Assembly (NCBI GenBank): GCA_032718475.1
Contig: JAUCBJ010007542.1
Span: 51,096-115,095, forward strand
From: Nemertoderma westbladi
Taxonomy: Eukaryota > Animalia > Xenacoelomorpha
Direction: 5' to 3'
DNA: 64,000 bases
Part shown: positions 59,234 to 64,000 of the stretch, one piece after another
Layout of the letters: the number at the start of each line of letters is the position of its first letter
Position numbering within the stretch: position 1 is the first letter of the stretch
Notes under the pieces: generated by a model
The model's database searches: none
What the model saw: the letters and a program-made list of their open reading frames with translations, nothing else
Told to the model about the DNA's origin: nothing
Program-made: the position numbers and the translations under genes

Positions 59234-60762
59234 TCGAGCAATTCTTACAGTAATGAACCTCTCGGTTCCTAACTAGAGACGGCGTCAAGACGCCGTTAAG
59301 CAAGTCGGAAGTCGTCAATCAAAGGTAAGTTCCCTCAACAATGTTTACCTTTGTTCAGAAGGGAAGTGTTATTTATCTATGGTCAGAGAGAGATCCCACT
59401 CTGTAATTTGGCAATTGCTCAAATCCATTCAGCTGAATGACTCAGTAGAGTAAACTAAAGTAAATTCCCTCAGCCTCAACAATGTTTGCCTATGGTGTGA
59501 AGGGAATCTGACAGAGAATAATCTTAGCCACTAAATGTCATTCACCTAACAAAACATTTTGAATGCCACAGTGATTAACCCAATACAGATAATAAGCAGT
59601 TATTTTTATATTTCAAACTATAATGTTAGTGTAAGCCTTACAGAGTATCAGTATGAGGCTGAGTAAACATTCCGCCTTATAAGCATACAGCCTCCACAGT
59701 ATTAATGTTGGCCAAAAGATTTAAAAATAAAATACAGTGCAATAGTACTCTGTAACCTACAGTCATTCAGCTTGCACTAAATATCAATCACCTATAAAAC
59801 ATTTAAACATTTTGAATGCCACAGTGTGTAACCTGATACAGATAATAAGCAGTGATTTTTATGTTTTAAACTATAACGTTAGTGTTAGCCTTACAGTGTA
59901 TCACTATGAAGCTGAGTAAACATTCGCCTTATAAGCATACAACCTCCAAAGTATTAATGTTGGACGAAAGATTTAAAAATAAAATACAGTGCAGTAGTAC
60001 TCTGTAACTAACAGTCATTCAGCTTGCACTAAATGTCAATCAACTATAAAACATTTTGAATGCCACAGTGATTATTAACCCAATACAGATAATAAGAAGT
60101 GATTTTTATATTTCAAACTATAATGTTAGTCTTAGCCTTACAGAGTATCAGTATAAGGCTGAGTAAACATTCCACCTTATAAGCATACAGCCTCCACAGT
60201 ATTAATGTTGGCATAATGTAGCCGATACACTGTATACCTAATAGTCATTCAGCAGGGGGAAGAGTTATTCAGCTGAGGCGGTAATAGATTGCAAACTAAA
60301 CCAAACAGTTGACAGCCTCATCGATTTATACTAAGCCTGTGTAGAACCACAAACTAAATCAACCAGTTAATATTTGCTTTGACAGAGAGTGCAGGGCCTA
60401 AACAAACAGTATGGGTGTACTAAGTACAATAATCTTGGCAACCTCATCGATTTATACTAAGCCTTGTGTAGAAATGCATTACATAAGCCATTTTTCATCA
60501 GGACACCAGCTGTCATTGATGTTATTTTACCATTGCGCCTATGGCGTTTTTTCGTTTATCTCTATTTTTCGAGCCCAGAGGCTATGGACGGAGTAGCCGA
60601 TCATACCAGGGACCTTAGAATCGTGGTATCTAGTCGCTGTGAAAATTTCATCAAATTCGTTAGAGCAGTTTTGGCTGTAGATCAGTCAGTCAGTCAGCCA
60701 GCCAGTCAGCCAGCCAGTCAGCCAGCCAGTCAGCCAGTCAGTCAACAATTCTTACAGTAATC
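58845..60762. repeat. Helitron/Helentron-like composite: two ~400-bp direct copies with (CAGT/CAGC)n microsatellite flanking a 3x ~250-bp satellite (59530-60210)
   Basis: 58845-59253 resembles 60352-60762. ACGGCGTC-AA-GACGCCGT hairpin (59279-59296) lies next to CTAG. Confidence 0.6.
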
Positions 60763-60764
60763 AA

Positions 60765-61047
60765 GTCTAACGACTTGCTAATTATCGACCTATAGCTATA
60801 GCCTCAATATTTAGTAAATTATTTGAGTATATCCTATCTCGTATTGAATCTCAGTTAATTGTAAGCGATTATCAGTACTCGTTTAAACGCCGTAGTCACG
60901 TAGCAATTACTCTTCTGTAGTGTATAATCGTTTAAAGGTGGCATATAATAGGGCGGCTAGGTTGTTATTCTCCATACAAAGTGGTTACAGTACGTCCCTC
61001 TTCTTTGGAAATAACAATCTACCATGTTTCATACAAAGTTACAATTC
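60765..61047 (+). pseudogene. Deleted RTEX-like LINE remnant
   Basis: NYRPIAIASIFSKLFE, and YNRLKVAYNRAARLLF as a C-terminal-type motif. Confidence 0.55.
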
Positions 61048-61933
61048 TCGGCTAATTGTTTTTGAATACAGGTTTTCTGGGGCGCAAATAGATTGGAAAA
61101 TATTTAAAAATGAAATGGTTACTATAAATGGCTGTTTAGTACTCTCTGCGTAGGAAAAAAATGAAAAAAAACAAGTAACTAGCACTTTTCAGTTTGAACA
61201 CAACATTTTTAATTCACTTATACGATGCTATAAATTCACATTTTTAGGTTTTCTTGGGCGCTGATACTAATGGAATACATTTCTAATATGCCAGATCATT
61301 GCAACTTGTATTTTTCGGCGTAATTTGGCAAATTTTGGTGCTAGCGCCAAATTTCGTACCCATCACCGAAAAGTACAAGTTTGCGATGTCCAGTGCTGTT
61401 TTTATTGATTCCATCGGATTCAGGACGCTCATAAACCCGTATAAAGCAAGAAACAAGATAATACTATCTTCTGATCAATTTGTTTATTTTCCAAAATTTG
61501 GTGCTGGCACAACAATTTTCACCCACCGGCGAAAAATACAAGATTGAAAACTCTTATGAAATTTTTACTGATTCCATTGAATTCAGAACCCTCACAAACG
61601 CGTATAACGCAAGAAACAAAGTGAAACAATCAATTGATATATTTGATGGATTTCAAATTTTGGTGCTAGCACCACATTTTGCACCCACTTCCGAAAAATA
61701 CAAGTTTGATATGTCTAGTTAGATAATTATATATTCCATTGAATTCAAAACACCCATAAACCTCTATAACGCAAGAAATATATTGTTACAAGCAATTTTA
61801 TCTATTGAATGGATTTTCAAAATTTCGTGCCAGCACCAAAATTTGCACACAGCACCGAAAAATACAAGTTTGATACGCTTGGTGCAACTCGTATATATTT
61901 CATCGAAAACAGAACCCCATACACATAAAACCC
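61048..61933 (-). mobile_element. Inverted internal copy of the piggyBac-type MITE (~57356-58232)
   Basis: Reverse-complement identity; mirrored ORFs at 57734-57982 and 61299-61547. Confidence 0.9.
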
Positions 61934-61947
61934 TTAGGTACTCTTAT

Positions 61948-62330
61948 GGCATAGTGGTCAGATGGTTAAGGCGTTGGTTACATTACAGATAGGTTACGAG
62001 TTCGAATCCCGGTTGGGAAATTTGTATTTTGGGGCCATTTATTTTTCATTCGGTGCTAATTGGTGGACCAATGAGAAGCGTACAACGTAGCGAGAGATGA
62101 GCCAGGCCAATCATAGGGCATAAATTATCTTATTGCTCAAATGTGAGGCAATGGAAAATTCTGTTAGGATTCCATGTCCCAGATTAGTGTAAGGGCTGGA
62201 TTGCGTTGAACGATGAGCTGGGCCAATCATAGGGCATAAAGCACTTTATTGCTCAAATGTGAAGCTGTGGAAAATTCTGTTTGGTTTCCATGTGCGATAT
62301 TTAGTATAAAAGGCCGGTTTGCCTTCGGTT
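61948..62330 (+). promoter_or_regulatory. tRNA-like A/B box segment followed by a duplicated ~116-bp CCAAT module and TATA box; probable 5' end or LTR of an unclassified retroelement
   Basis: TGGTCAGATGG...GAGTTCGAATCC; GGCCAATCATAGGGCATAAA twice (~62105, ~62221); TATAAAA at ~62305. Confidence 0.45.
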
Positions 62331-64000
62331 ATCACTTCTACTTCTTGTAAAATTTACCCTTCTTAGTTTATTTGGTTTCTTGTTGAAACTTTGTTTGATA
62401 AATCCTTTGTAAAACTGTAAATACTGCAAATTCCTGAACATGTTTTCTTTTGGTCCAACTTTGGGACAGCCAAACATCGGGTAGATGGCAGCCTAGACCG
62501 TTAGGCCGTCAGCAACGCAGGGAAAAGATGTCCACAACACGCTAGCACCCACATTGGATTGACCGCGCACCCCCATTGCCCTTCGAAATGCTCAACTTGC
62601 CATGCAGCGCCCGCTTTGTGAGAAAGGTAAGACTTTGTTCGACGCCCTTGCCCGCCGTAAGACCTATAGATCATGGTAAGCGTGACGCCGTCCTGGACGC
62701 CGCAAATTTAGGATCAAATAATTATATTCAGACAGAAACACCCCCCCCCCCCTTTTGTCAGTCCTACGAACCCCTGGGTTAACCTGTACTTCCTACAGGT
62801 GCGAACTATTGCCATTCATCAGTACGCGAGTACATAGGTACGGACAGCATATGTTCCATAATTTAGTGATTCGTAGTACTGACTGTTTGGTACCAGTTCG
62901 CTTTGTAGAATGTACATTAGTACCCCCCCCCCCCTGTCTGGAGTTAGCTATTTGATCAGGCAAGGAGTATTTCTGCTACCGGCACACTGCTTGGCCTAGG
63001 GAGGTTTTATTAATATCCTACCGCTCCTTGCCACGCACTGATAGGTATTGCTGCTAACTACCGCAGCAACAAAGTTCTAGAATTAAATTAGTATACCAGA
63101 TCAGCTAACGTACGGTAGCGATTAACCCCTATTTATTATCTTACAACCAGAATCTGGTATTAGTGCCGATCACGGGTGTAGTTACTAACACCGTGGTTGC
63201 CCATTGGGTTGTGGATAGGAAGGAGAGAGCTTTGGCGTCATTTGTGAGTATAAAGTTCTACAAAACGCGACTAGTTTATTTTAGTAGCTAGCGCACGGTA
63301 TCATTTCGGTCAGAAAATTACTAAAACCTAGTAAAAAGGAAATACACGAAATTGTTTTATTTGTAACACACCCACACACACACGCCCTAAAACATATTCG
63401 CCCTTAGAGTTCTACTAGCTATAGCGCACTATACATTATTTTAGGTAGAAATTATCTGTATTTGTAAAATTAGGATCTGATATTTAGTTACGGCAAGAAG
63501 GAGTATTTCACTTTCGTTATTAAACTGTTGTTTTCTGCGCAGCAGTATTGTTACATTTAGGCCTGACCCTTTAGACTGATTTCGTAAAGGGGGATCAGTT
63601 ATTGTTACATTAGGCACGACCCCTTTCGACTGATTTAGGACTGAATCAGTGTTGTTACGCTAGGTCTGTTAACCCACTAGCTCGTATATAAACCATATAA
63701 ATCACACCGCGGCAAGTTACTGTATTTAGGACTGTCAGTGATAGTTAGGATTCGCTGCGCGGGGATTGTTTTCCCGTGAGTTTGGTCTGTTACTGTAACT
63801 GTACATCTGCCTCACTGGTTAGAGGACAGGTATCCTTTTGTCTAGTACGTAGGCATTAGACCCGCTCACGTACATAGAATAGATACTAGGCTCTGTTCCT
63901 CGCCAGTAGTCGTTTGTGTATTGTATCTGTTTGTTTAGATATCCTGGACTGGGATTTGTTGTCAGATACTGTACGAGCCCGTATACATTACTACAGCGTC

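Noticed and set aside
47067-63000. Numerous 60-100 aa ORFs in LTR, MITE and satellite DNA, and antisense ORFs over TE genes
   Set aside because: They have no recognisable motifs and recur only because the underlying non-coding repeats recur.

Overview
This is AT-rich eukaryotic, most likely invertebrate, genomic DNA that is almost entirely nested transposable elements; the species cannot be determined from the sequence. One likely host gene is present: a two-exon type II membrane fibrinogen-related (FReD) protein at 2283-4655, whose intron is essentially a TIR-bounded element. The mobile elements are two related degenerate BEL/Pao LTR retrotransposons (minus strand), an Ngaro/DIRS-type tyrosine-recombinase retroelement, a nearly intact CsRn1-like Gypsy, RTE, RTEX-like, CRE-like and Penelope fragments, a tRNA-derived SINE, piggyBac-type MITEs and Helitron-like satellite-bearing repeats. 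The main finding concerns five apparently separate minus-strand ORFs at 6831-11573. They reconstruct into one intronless ORF of about 1,490 codons, broken by two in-frame stops, one frameshift and one SINE whose removal restores the frame. It encodes a DnaQ/DEDDy-like 3'-5' exonuclease followed by three CCHC-type zinc knuckles, and ends 77 nt before a ~1.05 kb LTR (5708-6753). Both ends of that LTR match sequences directly upstream of the two BEL/Pao gag-pol genes (36482-36537 and ~47048-48231). I infer a >=15 kb BEL/Pao element carrying an exonuclease/zinc-knuckle accessory gene in the env position, later split by ~16 kb of nested insertions. All family and domain calls come from motif recognition by eye, not from database searches.
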